Of a stretch of 64,000 nucleotides of DNA, positions 29,656 through 39,629 are shown piece after piece. The notes under the pieces were generated by a model. It had not been told where the DNA came from. It saw nothing but the letters and a program-made list of their open reading frames with translations, and did no database searches. The stretch comes from an uncultured Cytophagia bacterium (GTDB lineage: Bacteria > Zhuqueibacterota > Zhuqueibacteria > Residuimicrobiales > Krinioviventaceae), in assembly GCA_964607755.1 (NCBI GenBank), contig CAZSMC010000001.1, positions 81,677 to 145,676 of the forward strand, in the 5' to 3' direction. Numbering within the stretch: position 1 is the first letter of the stretch; every line of letters starts with the position of its first letter. The position numbers and the translations under genes are program-made.

Positions 29656-31004
29656 TATCCTTCCTTCTCAATGATGTTCAAATTTCTTCTCAACGCAGCA
29701 CAATGGTCGAGTTTTGACGGACACACAAAAGAACACAAAGCCAGGTCTTCCTCAACAAGTTCCAACACACCTAACTGCTCGGCATCATCCAGATCATTTA
29801 TAGCAATAGCGCGGAGCAAAGGGGTTGGCAAAATATCCAGGGGCATCACCCGTTCATAACTGCCAAAAGGAACAATGGCACGCTCGCTGCCGTGAATGGC
29901 TGTGGTAAAATTGAATTTTTTATTGGAAAAAAGTCTGGCCATGGTGACGTTAAAAGTAGAGTACAATTTTGGGCTAAAACTTGTCCAGCCAAGAAATACA
30001 CGTTTTTGTTCTTCCGGCAGTACTGAAACATTTTGATGATAACGACCCAGGTAAGCGATGGGATCTGAGGCATCACTCCCGGAAAGGATGGAACCGGAGA
30101 TGACCCGATTCTCACCTTTCATTAATTCATCTTTAACTATATCTTGTATCGACGCACCGACGCGCGTTTTAACCAGTCGCGGATTTTTCACCGATGGTCC
30201 GGCAAGTGAAATGACGCGCTCGGTCGGGAATTCGCCGGTAGTGAAAAGCAGCCCAATATCAACCACACTTTGCGCATCTACATGCCACACACTTTTATTG
30301 CGATTCACAGGATCGAGAAAGTGAATATGCGTACCAGGCAGGCCAGCAGGGTGAGGTCCGCTAAATTCTTCAACAGTCAACTGGTCGAGAGAAGGAGTGG
30401 GTATTTTGGTGCCGGGTTTTTTGCAAAGAAATAGTTTGCCGTTGGTGAGATTCGATAATACCGCAAGACCGTTTTTAAAAGCATCTTCTCTGCCCTGTAA
30501 AACAACCTCGACTGATGGAGCCAGAGGTTGTGTGTCCATCGCTGTAATAAAAATGGAATGCGGTGTGGTGGTGGGATCAGCGACTTTGCCAAAGGGCCGG
30601 GCTCTGAGAACAGGCCATACGCCGGAATCAATGAGTTGCTTAACAACAGTATCGCGATCAAGAGAAGAGAGTTTACGTTCTGCAAAAGATTCGAACGTGA
30701 CCGCCTTATCACCGTCAAGCTCGATAACAATCGACAGAAAAACGCGCTTTGTCCCTCTTATTACTGCAGATACTTTACCGCTTCCGGGGGCCGTGTATTT
30801 TACATCCGGTGTTTTTTTGTCAGTGAATAAAAGCTGTCCGCGTTTAACAGAATCGCCTTTGGATACAGCCATTGTCGGTTTCATACCGACATAATCTCCC
30901 CCAAGAAGCGCAACTGTTTTGGGTTGTTTTTCGCCGTCTATTTCCTGCCTGGGCTCACCAGCTATCGGAATATCCAACCCCTTTTTTATTCTGGTAATTC
31001 CCAT
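29655..31004 (-). CDS. nqrA: Na+-NQR subunit A
   Basis: 449-aa soluble subunit at the operon head; N-terminus MGITRIKKGLDIPIAGEP typical of NqrA. Confidence 0.8.
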   Translation of the reverse strand: MGITRIKKGLDIPIAGEPRQEIDGEKQPKTVALLGGDYVGMKPTMAVSKGDSVKRGQLLFTDKKTPDVKYTAPGSGKVSAVIRGTKRVFLSIVIELDGDKAVTFESFAERKLSSLDRDTVVKQLIDSGVWPVLRARPFGKVADPTTTPHSIFITAMDTQPLAPSVEVVLQGREDAFKNGLAVLSNLTNGKLFLCKKPGTKIPTPSLDQLTVEEFSGPHPAGLPGTHIHFLDPVNRNKSVWHVDAQSVVDIGLLFTTGEFPTERVISLAGPSVKNPRLVKTRVGASIQDIVKDELMKGENRVISGSILSGSDASDPIAYLGRYHQNVSVLPEEQKRVFLGWTSFSPKLYSTFNVTMARLFSNKKFNFTTAIHGSERAIVPFGSYERVMPLDILPTPLLRAIAINDLDDAEQLGVLELVEEDLALCSFVCPSKLDHCAALRRNLNIIEKEG

Positions 31005-31361
31005 TATCGTCCTTTTATAGTATGTTAATAAATAATAAACAAATTTTAAAACTTAAAAGTAAAAAAATAAAGTGCAATTTCAAAATTTTTTATTTTCGAA
31101 TTGTACAGAATTATATTTAACAGACCGGAAAGTAAACAAAGCACTTTTTCACAATAATAGCAATATATTGTTGCAATAATGTTAGTCCTGCTTAGATTAA
31201 ATTTTACTTGACTTTTAGGCATAAAAATTATAATCTATGCATGAGAAATAAACATTATTTACACAGCGAATAGATAAAACGGGCGCAAGTTTTTAAAAAA
31301 GAGTAATTCCTAGTTATCGGATTCTAATTATTAACATTAATCAATATGGGAGAGAAGGATT

Positions 31362-33128
31362 ATGCGCACAAGATTATTATTTCTGTTTGCTCTAATCGCT
31401 TCGTTATTCATGTTTTGCAGCAAGGATGAGAACGGTGGCGATAAAACACCTACAGAACCATCGAACGGAGGAAACGGCGGTGAGTTCAGTTCGTTCACAA
31501 TCACCAAACATCGAATTATGACCGAGCTTCCGAGCAATGTATCTTTGCAGTTTCAAGTTTCAAATAAGGCTCAAAGCCAGGGTGCAGATTTTTTAAAGCT
31601 GGAAGATTTTCAGGTCATCGAAGAAGGAACCACTCTTGATCCTACTGAAGCATCTATGTACATTATCAAAAGACAAAGTCTGGATTATAAAGCAAAAATT
31701 ACCTTAATGCTAGACACTAATAACGGGACTAACCTGGACGCGATTAAAAATGGAGTGACTGAGTTTATTGACACTAAAGACCCTCAACAAGACATTGCAA
31801 TTTACTCTTTTGCTGACGAGATTACACTTGTCCAGGACTTTACTTCAAATGCGTCAACGTTAAAAGATGCCGTAAGCGGCCTTGAAACATCAGGAGATGG
31901 CAGCGATCTGTACGGTGCTTACATGGACGCTATCCGGAGCGCTTCCAGCCAGTATGGTCCTAATACTATACAGCAGCCATTTATCATTGTTTTTACGGAC
32001 AACAAGGATACAAAAGGTTCCTATCAAGCTGATTTTGTGGGGCATGCCGGCCGTGGACGTCAAATTATGTCAGTAGGGATCGGGAATAATATTAATACAG
32101 AAAATCTGGAAAAAATTGGCTATGAAGGCCTGTATCATGTAACCGATCCGGCCAAAATTACCGAGACAATCTCTGAACTCCAGAGTCGCATCATAAAGTG
32201 GATGGACAGCTTTTACTATCTCAGCTATACATCAAAACAACGCCGTGGATCATCTCATAGTATCCAACTTAAAATAAAGGGTAATTTAAATACTGATGAA
32301 GATTCAATAATCAAAGGGATTTTTTCGAGCCAGAATTTCGTCGATGTGGAGCAAGGATTGTATGTTAACTGGTCCTTTGCCAACCCGCAAGGCGTTGATA
32401 TGATCCTCGTCATGGTCGATAAATCAAGAGAAGTTGAAGCTCTTTCCATGGGAGGTACAAAAGTTCCGGATTATGAATGGAGCAGCGAAGACGCAAATGT
32501 CGTTGCAGTACAAGCCAGAGGCGGCGGTCGCGCTTTGCTAAAGGCTAAAGGCTCTGATGGTGACTCGACTCACGTCACTGTAAAAGATGTGGCCAATGGA
32601 TTCGAAAAAATATTCACAGTCCAGGTGGTCAGCTTTCAAATGGGCTCAATTCTTTTTGAATGGTGGGATAATCTAAGCGGCACATCCGTATCCGATTTAA
32701 CGAACAGTGATCGCTTTCCTGATAATCCCACAGGCAAAGATTATCTCGAGTCTTTTGAGATTCCAACAGACAAAAAAGACAATTATGCAACCCGGTTGCG
32801 CGGATTTCTGCACCCGGCAACAACCGGAGAGTACACATTCTGGATTGCCAGTGATGATGCATCTCGCCTGTATCTGAGCACAGATGAAAATCCGGAAAAC
32901 AAAACGGACATCTGCTATGTCTCTTCGTGGACAAGTTCGCGTGAATGGAATAAAGAAACCAACCAGAAATCTGCTCCCATTCAATTGGAAGCCGGCAAAC
33001 ATTATTATATCGAGGCCTTACATAAAGAAGGTGGCGGTGGTGATAATCTTGCAGTAGCCTGGGCTCTTGGAGATGGAGACAAAGAAGTTATTTCCGGCGA
33101 ATACCTCTCTGCATGGATTGGTGACTAG
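31362..33128 (+). CDS. lipoprotein with vWA-like, Big_2 and C-terminal PA14 domains
   Basis: Lipobox LFMFCSK; vWA-like segment (ITLMLDTNNGT...IAIYSFADEITL); Big_2-like (EDANVVAVQARGGGRALLKAKGSDG); PA14 signature TGEYTFWIASDDASRLYLS. Confidence 0.5.
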   Translation: MRTRLLFLFALIASLFMFCSKDENGGDKTPTEPSNGGNGGEFSSFTITKHRIMTELPSNVSLQFQVSNKAQSQGADFLKLEDFQVIEEGTTLDPTEASMYIIKRQSLDYKAKITLMLDTNNGTNLDAIKNGVTEFIDTKDPQQDIAIYSFADEITLVQDFTSNASTLKDAVSGLETSGDGSDLYGAYMDAIRSASSQYGPNTIQQPFIIVFTDNKDTKGSYQADFVGHAGRGRQIMSVGIGNNINTENLEKIGYEGLYHVTDPAKITETISELQSRIIKWMDSFYYLSYTSKQRRGSSHSIQLKIKGNLNTDEDSIIKGIFSSQNFVDVEQGLYVNWSFANPQGVDMILVMVDKSREVEALSMGGTKVPDYEWSSEDANVVAVQARGGGRALLKAKGSDGDSTHVTVKDVANGFEKIFTVQVVSFQMGSILFEWWDNLSGTSVSDLTNSDRFPDNPTGKDYLESFEIPTDKKDNYATRLRGFLHPATTGEYTFWIASDDASRLYLSTDENPENKTDICYVSSWTSSREWNKETNQKSAPIQLEAGKHYYIEALHKEGGGGDNLAVAWALGDGDKEVISGEYLSAWIGD

Positions 33129-33155
33129 TTGCCGTAAAAAACAAATATTCTTTGA

Positions 33156-33190
33156 AACGCCCGGGACAATCGTTCCGGGCGTTTTGCTTT
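33156..33190 (+). terminator. Rho-independent terminator after the PA14 lipoprotein gene
   Basis: aacgcccgg / ccgggcgtt 9-bp stem with a 10-nt loop, followed by ttttgcttt. Confidence 0.6.
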
Positions 33191-33322
33191 CAATGTCCGT
33201 ATGAAACTTCAAAGTGAATAATGAAAATAAATTCCTACAAGCATTCCATTTCTACAAGTTCAAAGTCTTTTATACCAAAAAATGAATACGATACATTTTT
33301 TTACAAATTGTTCTTTTTTTGC

Positions 33323-33351
33323 TTGACATTGTAAACCGACAAGTATATATT
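33323..33351 (+). promoter_or_regulatory. sigma70-like promoter candidate for the KH-domain gene
   Basis: TTGACA, 17-bp spacer, TATATT, about 125 nt upstream of the ATG. Confidence 0.35.
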
Positions 33352-33476
33352 TGTTTTAAATCAGGTTAATTATCATAATGTCCAAGGAGGTGAATTTCGA
33401 ATAATCGCTACTGCAAAATCGCGTGGAAATCTATTCCTCAACTAACTAAACGAAAAAGTCAGGAAGGGGTCTCGGG

Positions 33477-33707
33477 ATGAAAGAATTTGTTGAATACGTA
33501 GTAAAACACCTGGTTGACAGCCCTGAAGAGGTGAAAGTGACAGAAGTGGTTGGAGAAACCACTGTGGTTTATGAACTGCGAGTCAATCGCCCCGATATGG
33601 GAAAGGTCATTGGGAAAAACGGTCGAACTGCTCATGCCATCCGCGTTCTTCTCAGTGCTGTGGCTCGAAAGGCAGGAAAACACGCAACATTGGAAATTTT
33701 GGAATAA
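33477..33707 (+). CDS. KH-domain RNA-binding protein (UPF0109/YlqC-like)
   Basis: 76 aa; [28 protein letters not shown] contains the GxxG KH loop. Confidence 0.7.
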   Translation: MKEFVEYVVKHLVDSPEEVKVTEVVGETTVVYELRVNRPDMGKVIGKNGRTAHAIRVLLSAVARKAGKHATLEILE

Positions 33708-33759
33708 CATTTTTTCTACATCGGGGGCTTAAAACATGTTACAAGTGAGAGATAGGCAA

Positions 33760-33789
33760 GTCCATCATCCATGTGATGGACTTTTTTTT
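33760..33789 (+). terminator. Rho-independent terminator after the KH gene
   Basis: gtccatca-tccatg-tgatggac: 8-bp stem, followed by T8. Confidence 0.65.
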
Positions 33790-33826
33790 ATACTTAAACG
33801 TTCAAGATTTTGCTGGAAAAAATTGT

Positions 33827-34792
33827 ATGCAGTTGATACAGATTTCTCTTAAAGATATTGATCCAGATGACGATAGTTATCGCACATCTTTTCATCCAAC
33901 CGGTCGCTCTTTTCTTTATGATTCCATTAAATCACTGGGGCTTTTACAGCCGCTCGTCGTGCAAAAAAAGAACACAGATAAATACCGCCTGGTGTGCGGA
34001 TTCAGACGATATATAGTTTTGAATCAGCTTTCGATTGAATGTGCCAGGAGCTTTGTCATCTCGGAAAAAACGAAAAGCGCCAGGGTGTTTACCCTCGCTT
34101 TGCAGGATAATGTGACAATCCGTGAATTCACCCCAATTGACATCTCTATTATCATTAACAAGCTTGAAAGTGATTTCGCAATCCAGAAAAATGAGGTTAT
34201 TAATCAGTATTTTCCACTGGTTGGGTTGCAAAAGAACCCGAAAATCTATCAAAGATACAAACCGCTTGCCATGTTGCCTAAAAGATGGCAGCATGGGATT
34301 TTGGCGGACACAATATCGATTGAGATCGCTTCTCAATTTGCAGACCGGGACGAAAAAGAGCGAGAGGCGATGTGGCACATCATAACAAATCTCAAACCTG
34401 GCAAAAATCGTCAGCGGGAAATTTTACGCTTGCTGGATGATATTGCGCGGATTGAGCAAAAAGGTGTCCCTGAAATAATCAAAGAAAATGACGCCTTGTT
34501 TATTTTGAATGATAAAAAATTAACCCCATCGCAAAAGATGTCCCGATTCAAAGATTTTTTGTGGAAAAAAAGATATCCCCGCTATATGACAGTTGAAGAG
34601 AAATTTGACCACCTTGTTCATCAGGCAAAATGTCCACCGGATATTCAATTGCAGCACCCACCTTTTTTTGAAGGTGAAACTTTTCACGTCTCATTTGCAT
34701 TCAAGAGTTCTGATGATTTTGCACAAAAAATTCAGTTCCTGCAAACATTAAACGACAATGACATTATCAAAAAGATAACCCGATTGGCATGA
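33827..34792 (+). CDS. ParB/Srx-like N-terminal-domain protein
   Basis: Start re-assigned to ATG 33827 because the terminator lies inside the longer ORF; SLKDIDPDD...SIKSLGLLQPLVVQK...YRLVCGFRRYIVL follows the ParB N-domain pattern, but with GFRR in place of GERR; C-terminal about 200 aa of unknown fold. Confidence 0.5.
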   Translation: MQLIQISLKDIDPDDDSYRTSFHPTGRSFLYDSIKSLGLLQPLVVQKKNTDKYRLVCGFRRYIVLNQLSIECARSFVISEKTKSARVFTLALQDNVTIREFTPIDISIIINKLESDFAIQKNEVINQYFPLVGLQKNPKIYQRYKPLAMLPKRWQHGILADTISIEIASQFADRDEKEREAMWHIITNLKPGKNRQREILRLLDDIARIEQKGVPEIIKENDALFILNDKKLTPSQKMSRFKDFLWKKRYPRYMTVEEKFDHLVHQAKCPPDIQLQHPPFFEGETFHVSFAFKSSDDFAQKIQFLQTLNDNDIIKKITRLA

Positions 34793-35898
34793 CACTATCA
34801 TCATTTGCTCCGACTTTTCCACAAAAAATATATATTGAAAAAGCCGTTAAACAATCCAGTTTCACCCATCGCATCGTTAACACCTTTCCAGACACTCCTC
34901 ACCACTATGTAGCAGATGCAAATATGTTATTGGACCGGGCCCGTCAGGATGGAAATAAAAATAATTGGCAAGGCGCCCTGCTGTTGGCAAAACAACGCGG
35001 ACCTTTTGTGCGGCTGTGTCCGGGAACGCAAAAACATATCTGTTGCCTTTATCATAATCTGGACGTTGCTGCAGGCTGTGATTTGGGTTGTTCGTACTGC
35101 ATTCTTCAGGGATATCTGAATAATCCACTGATCACATTGTACTGCAATGTGGATGATATGTATAATGAACTGAATACGCTTTTATCGAAAAATTCGCAGC
35201 GGTTTTATCGCATCGGCAGCGGAGAATTGAGCGACAGTCTGACTTTTGATCACTTTACACATCTGGCCAGAGAATTGGTGCCGTTTTTCTCAAATAAAAA
35301 AAATGCAATTCTCGAATTAAAGAGCAAAAATATTCACATCGATGACATTCTTGGCATAAATCATAACAAACGGACGGTGATGTCCTGGTCGTTGAACTCA
35401 CAGGCTATTGCTGAAACTGAGGAATCTGGGGCCGCTTCTGTTGATGAACGTTTACGGGCTGCCCGTGAAGCCCAGTCCGCCGGATACCGTATTGGTTTTC
35501 ACTTTGATCCCATGATTGAACATCCGGATTGGCAGGACGGTTACCGGGAAACAGTGGCACGTATTTTTAAAAAAATCCATCCGAAATCAATCGCCTGGAT
35601 CAGTCTGGGCGCGCTTCGCTATCCGTCTGCTTTTGATGACATCATTCGGACGAACCATCCGCAATCGAACATTGTGCTGGGGGAACTTTTGCCGGGCATG
35701 GATAAAAAACTTCGCTATTTCGAACCTGTCCGAATTGAGATGTTCCGGAAAATGCACGAGTGGATTAAATCTTATTCCAAAGACGTATTTGTGTATTTGT
35801 GCATGGAAAGTTCCAAGGTGTGGCGAAAAGCTTTTGGCTGGACACCGAAAAACAGCGCACATTTAAAACAACTTTTAGACGAACGGGTTAAAGATTAA
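34789..35898 (+). CDS. spore-photoproduct-lyase (SPL) family radical SAM protein
   Basis: CDLGCSYCILQGY = CxxxCxxC radical-SAM cluster motif in the SPL-typical GCxYCxLQ context; length 369 aa; ATGA overlap with the upstream ParB-like gene. Confidence 0.5.
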   Translation: MTLSSFAPTFPQKIYIEKAVKQSSFTHRIVNTFPDTPHHYVADANMLLDRARQDGNKNNWQGALLLAKQRGPFVRLCPGTQKHICCLYHNLDVAAGCDLGCSYCILQGYLNNPLITLYCNVDDMYNELNTLLSKNSQRFYRIGSGELSDSLTFDHFTHLARELVPFFSNKKNAILELKSKNIHIDDILGINHNKRTVMSWSLNSQAIAETEESGAASVDERLRAAREAQSAGYRIGFHFDPMIEHPDWQDGYRETVARIFKKIHPKSIAWISLGALRYPSAFDDIIRTNHPQSNIVLGELLPGMDKKLRYFEPVRIEMFRKMHEWIKSYSKDVFVYLCMESSKVWRKAFGWTPKNSAHLKQLLDERVKD

Positions 35899-35966
35899 AC
35901 GAGGCTGATGCTTATTTCGAATTCAATTATGCAAATTGTGATGTCGAATTCTATACAGGAGAAATC

Positions 35967-37724
35967 GTGAGATTGTTCATTATCATATTGATAACATGTG
36001 CGCTCAGTTCGGCGCAAAATATCAGTAAAGAAATTAAAAGTCAGGAGCTCTACGACCACATCGCTTACCTGGCTTCTGATTCATTAAAAGGCCGAAAACC
36101 CGGAACAGCGGTAGGAAAGCTGGCTGCTGAATATATCAAAAAACAAATTTCCCTTCCTGATGTCAATTTGTTGGCTGATGAAGGCATGCAATATTTTGAC
36201 ATTGTTTCATCGCTAAAATTGGCCTCAGGGAATTCATTCGCGTTCGACAATTTTTCTGGCCAGGTCGAAGAGGATTTTATGCCGGTTTCTTTTTCTGAAA
36301 ATTCGACGTTTACTGCTGTGGTAGCATTTTGCGGCTATGGGTTCGACATCCAGACTGAAGAGTTGACCTGGCAGGATTATGCAAACATTGATGTTCAGGA
36401 TAAATGGGTTTTGATACTGCGCTCTGATCCCGAGGCGGATGTGATGAACAGCGTTTTTGCCGAGTATAGCGGCCTGCGGAAAAAATGCCTGGTGGCAAAA
36501 GATCACGGCGCCGCTGGCGTCATTTTCGTTTCCGGTACGTCCTTTGATAAAAAAGACGAACTGCTGCCATTATCATTAAAAGAGAGTCACGTAACCATTG
36601 GCATGCCGGTTATTAACATCAAACGTTCAGTGGCAAATGCTCTTGTCGATGAGCAAAATGTAACCATTGATTCGCTCGAACACTATTTAAATGAGAAAAG
36701 AGAACCATTCAGCTTTAATAGTTTTCAAACAGTTACAGCAACTATAAATATTAACCGCGTTAAAAAGCAAACCCAGAACATCGTCGCGCGGTTGGATGGC
36801 ACGAGCGATGAAATTGTCGTCATCGGCGCTCATTACGATCATCTGGGCATGGGTGGGCCGGGCTCGAGTTCTCGCCGCCCGGATACACTTGCCATTCACA
36901 ATGGCGCAGATGATAACGCATCCGGTGTTGCCGCGATTGTGGAAATTTTTGAGAAACTCGCATTGCAGGAAGAAAAACGAAAACGAGATATTTTATTCAT
37001 CGGTTTTGGTGCGGAGGAAATGGGCGCGCTGGGATCAACGCATTTCATTCAAAACCCGGTTGCTGATCTGTCAAAAATCACCTTTATGTTCAACTTTGAT
37101 ATGATTGGGCGGTTTGATTCTACCCGTTCTCTTAGCCTCAATGGCAGCGGCACTGCCACCGGACTGGAAGAGCTTGTGCGTTCATATCTGCCCAGAAATG
37201 ACATTCGGCCGACTTTTTCGCCCAAAGGTTACGGCCCATCGGACCAATCCGCCTTTTACGCAGAAAACATTCCGGTGCTCATGTTCCACACCGGCGCGCA
37301 CGATGATTATCACACGCCAAATGATGACGTTGAATTTATCAACATAAAAGGCGTACAACAAATAGCAAATCTGGCATACGATGTCATTTTTGACATGGCA
37401 ATCCGGGATCGGGCTCTGGCGTTTCAGCACGCTGGTCCGGCAACCCCACCATCCTCGCGCAGACGGCTCAAAGTGACGCTGGGAATTATGCCTGACCATA
37501 CAACTGCCGATATAAAAGGACTGCGAGTGCAAGCAGTAATGCCAGAGCGGCCAGCCGAATTTGCCGGCATGAAAAAAGGCGATATCATCGTCGGCATCAA
37601 TGGCAAGCCTGTCGGAGATATTTATGAATATATGCATAGACTCAGGGAATGCCAGGCTTGTGAGCGGATAACGGTCAAAGTCATGCGGGATGGTGAAAGT
37701 AAGGTTCTGATTGTTGAACTTTGA
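35967..37724 (+). CDS. M28-family zinc aminopeptidase with PA insert and C-terminal PDZ domain
   Basis: GTG start with AGGAGA RBS; HYDHLGMGG, GADDNASG, GAEEMGALGS Zn-ligand motifs; PDZ GLRVQAVMPERPAEFAGMKKGDIIVGINGKPV. Confidence 0.7.
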   Translation: MRLFIIILITCALSSAQNISKEIKSQELYDHIAYLASDSLKGRKPGTAVGKLAAEYIKKQISLPDVNLLADEGMQYFDIVSSLKLASGNSFAFDNFSGQVEEDFMPVSFSENSTFTAVVAFCGYGFDIQTEELTWQDYANIDVQDKWVLILRSDPEADVMNSVFAEYSGLRKKCLVAKDHGAAGVIFVSGTSFDKKDELLPLSLKESHVTIGMPVINIKRSVANALVDEQNVTIDSLEHYLNEKREPFSFNSFQTVTATININRVKKQTQNIVARLDGTSDEIVVIGAHYDHLGMGGPGSSSRRPDTLAIHNGADDNASGVAAIVEIFEKLALQEEKRKRDILFIGFGAEEMGALGSTHFIQNPVADLSKITFMFNFDMIGRFDSTRSLSLNGSGTATGLEELVRSYLPRNDIRPTFSPKGYGPSDQSAFYAENIPVLMFHTGAHDDYHTPNDDVEFINIKGVQQIANLAYDVIFDMAIRDRALAFQHAGPATPPSSRRRLKVTLGIMPDHTTADIKGLRVQAVMPERPAEFAGMKKGDIIVGINGKPVGDIYEYMHRLRECQACERITVKVMRDGESKVLIVEL

Positions 37725-37792
37725 TGATTGAGTGCCATCAGTTATGTTGTCGATCTTTAAATCCAGGTTGAGAAAATAATGACGAACCTCAG

Positions 37793-39208
37793 CTATCCGC
37801 TTATCAGGTCCAACTGAGCGACAACTTCAATGTGAGGCGTGTGCGGAAACATATCTACTGGCTGGACTTTATTCAAACGATACTGCTCTTGACACAGAAC
37901 CGACAACTCGCGTGCTAGCGTTGCCGGATTGCAAGAGACATGAACAATTCGGCGAGATTGAAGTTTGAGCACAGCTTCCACAGTTTTTGGATGCATGCCG
38001 CCTCGCGGTGGATCAAGAATGATCACATCTGGCTGACCATAGGTATCGACTATGGTTTGGGTGTCCCAAAGTGCGTCTTTGAGATCGCACTCGACAAAAG
38101 TGCAATTTGTGACATTGTTGATGTGGCAGTTCTCCCGGGCATTTTCCACAGCGGAAGTTACAGACTCGAATCCAGTTACATGTTTGACCCTGGAACTGAC
38201 ATAGATAGAAATAGAACCGGCTCCGCAATACAAATCGTACACATTTTCGTGTCCTTTAAATTCAGCGTAATCAACAGCAATATCATAAAGAACTTTTGCT
38301 GCTTTTGTGTTTGTTTGAAAAAAAGAATTGCTGGAAATCTGAAATTCAAAAGAATCCAGTTTTTCTGTAATTGCAGGCGATCCAAACAATAACATTTCCT
38401 GCTCGGAAAATGCCACGCTGGATTTGCTGGACGTGATTCCATTGATCAAACTGGTGATTTGTGGAAATGAGCCGGTGAGTTCTGCTGCCAAAGATGATAT
38501 CAGTTTCGGACGATATTCAGATGTGACCACTGTGACCATCAAATCATTTATGTTCAAACTGGGACGAATAATGAGAAATCGCAAGAATCCCTGATGGTCG
38601 CGCGTGCTGTACGCTGGCAACCCGCTTTGCCGCGCAAATTCTCGTACTGTTTTGAGAACCTCTGCGGCAATAGGTGATGTCAAATGACACTCTTGCAGAT
38701 CAATTACCTTGTCGTAAAAACCTTTGGCGTGCAAACCGAGGAAAAGACCATCCCGGTCGATGAGTTTGCCGGAATCGATTTCTTCGGGAGACAGCCAGCG
38801 AATCCGTGAAAAAGAAAACTCCATTTTGTTTCTATATTGGAACAAAAGTGGGGAAGAAATCGTGTTATTTATTTTAAATTCATTTAAATGACCAATGCGT
38901 TGCAGAATATCCCGGACTTGCTGTCCTTTTTGCTTTATCTGTTCTTCATAGTCGAGATTTTGAAACGCGCAGCCGCCGCAATGGCCGAAATGCGCGCAAC
39001 GGGGCTCAACAGCAAATTCTGATTCTTTCAAAACCGATAAAACTATGGCTTCGGCGTACGATTTTTTTTTGCGAATAATACGTGCCTTGACGGTTTGGCC
39101 TGGAATGGCATTCTTAATAAAAACGACAAAATCGTTAACCCGCGCCACGCCAAGGCCGCCATAAGCAAGAGATTCAATGTGTAAATTGAGTTCTGTTCCT
39201 TTTTTCAT
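37793..39208 (-). CDS. rlmD: 23S rRNA (uracil-5)-methyltransferase RlmD/RumA
   Basis: N-terminal TRAM domain; 4-Cys cluster CAHFGHCGGCAFQNL; SAM motif VYDLYCGAGSISIY; C-terminal catalytic Cys region. Confidence 0.7.
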   Translation of the reverse strand: MKKGTELNLHIESLAYGGLGVARVNDFVVFIKNAIPGQTVKARIIRKKKSYAEAIVLSVLKESEFAVEPRCAHFGHCGGCAFQNLDYEEQIKQKGQQVRDILQRIGHLNEFKINNTISSPLLFQYRNKMEFSFSRIRWLSPEEIDSGKLIDRDGLFLGLHAKGFYDKVIDLQECHLTSPIAAEVLKTVREFARQSGLPAYSTRDHQGFLRFLIIRPSLNINDLMVTVVTSEYRPKLISSLAAELTGSFPQITSLINGITSSKSSVAFSEQEMLLFGSPAITEKLDSFEFQISSNSFFQTNTKAAKVLYDIAVDYAEFKGHENVYDLYCGAGSISIYVSSRVKHVTGFESVTSAVENARENCHINNVTNCTFVECDLKDALWDTQTIVDTYGQPDVIILDPPRGGMHPKTVEAVLKLQSRRIVHVSCNPATLARELSVLCQEQYRLNKVQPVDMFPHTPHIEVVAQLDLISG

Positions 39209-39371
39209 AAATGACTCTGTTGAACGAAAAAAGAAAAAGTGTGTTTTACTTTCAAATTTTTTTCAGTATTCTATTTGTTAAAATAAAAAAAGATACAAAC
39301 TCTTGAGACGAATTACAAAATATTTACTTGACAAAAATGGAACATTCGGGAGATAATTCAGTTACCATTCT

Positions 39372-39468
39372 AACAATGGGTCACAAAACGAGTAAATAAC
39401 ACATTATAATTCCCAAACTTATAGTATGATACAATATTGATGCAGAAAAGATTTGTGACCCATTGTTT
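39372..39468. repeat. perfect 16-bp inverted repeat pair (aacaatgggtcacaaa at 39372-39387 / tttgtgacccattgtt at 39453-39468) with a 65-nt spacer
   Basis: Read directly from the sequence; lies in the divergent rlmD / EF-G intergenic region, about 160 nt upstream of the EF-G ATG. Confidence 0.9.
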
Positions 39469-39629
39469 CGGCTGCCAGGGCATCTCTGCGTGAGACTGAG
39501 GTTTTACCCATTTGGATAAATTTCTCTTTATTTTAATTAATAAATTTATTATATTTAAAACTTTGCAAAAACTGAATTACAGTTAAGCATCTTGTAAATA
39601 ATTAATTAAAAAGGGATTATGCTAAAAAG

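Noticed and set aside
31140-31175. AT-rich palindrome caatatattg and nearby repeats in the nqrA / lipoprotein divergent promoter region
   Set aside because: A 10-bp AT-only palindrome is expected by chance in a 360-bp region that is over 70% AT. It has no extended arms.
33773-33826. 5' extension of the ParB-like ORF starting at 33773 (MMDFFLYLNVQDFAGKNC...)
   Set aside because: The extension runs through the strong KH-gene terminator (stem 33760-33781, T8 33782-33789). The conserved ParB-like N-terminus begins at the ATG at 33827.
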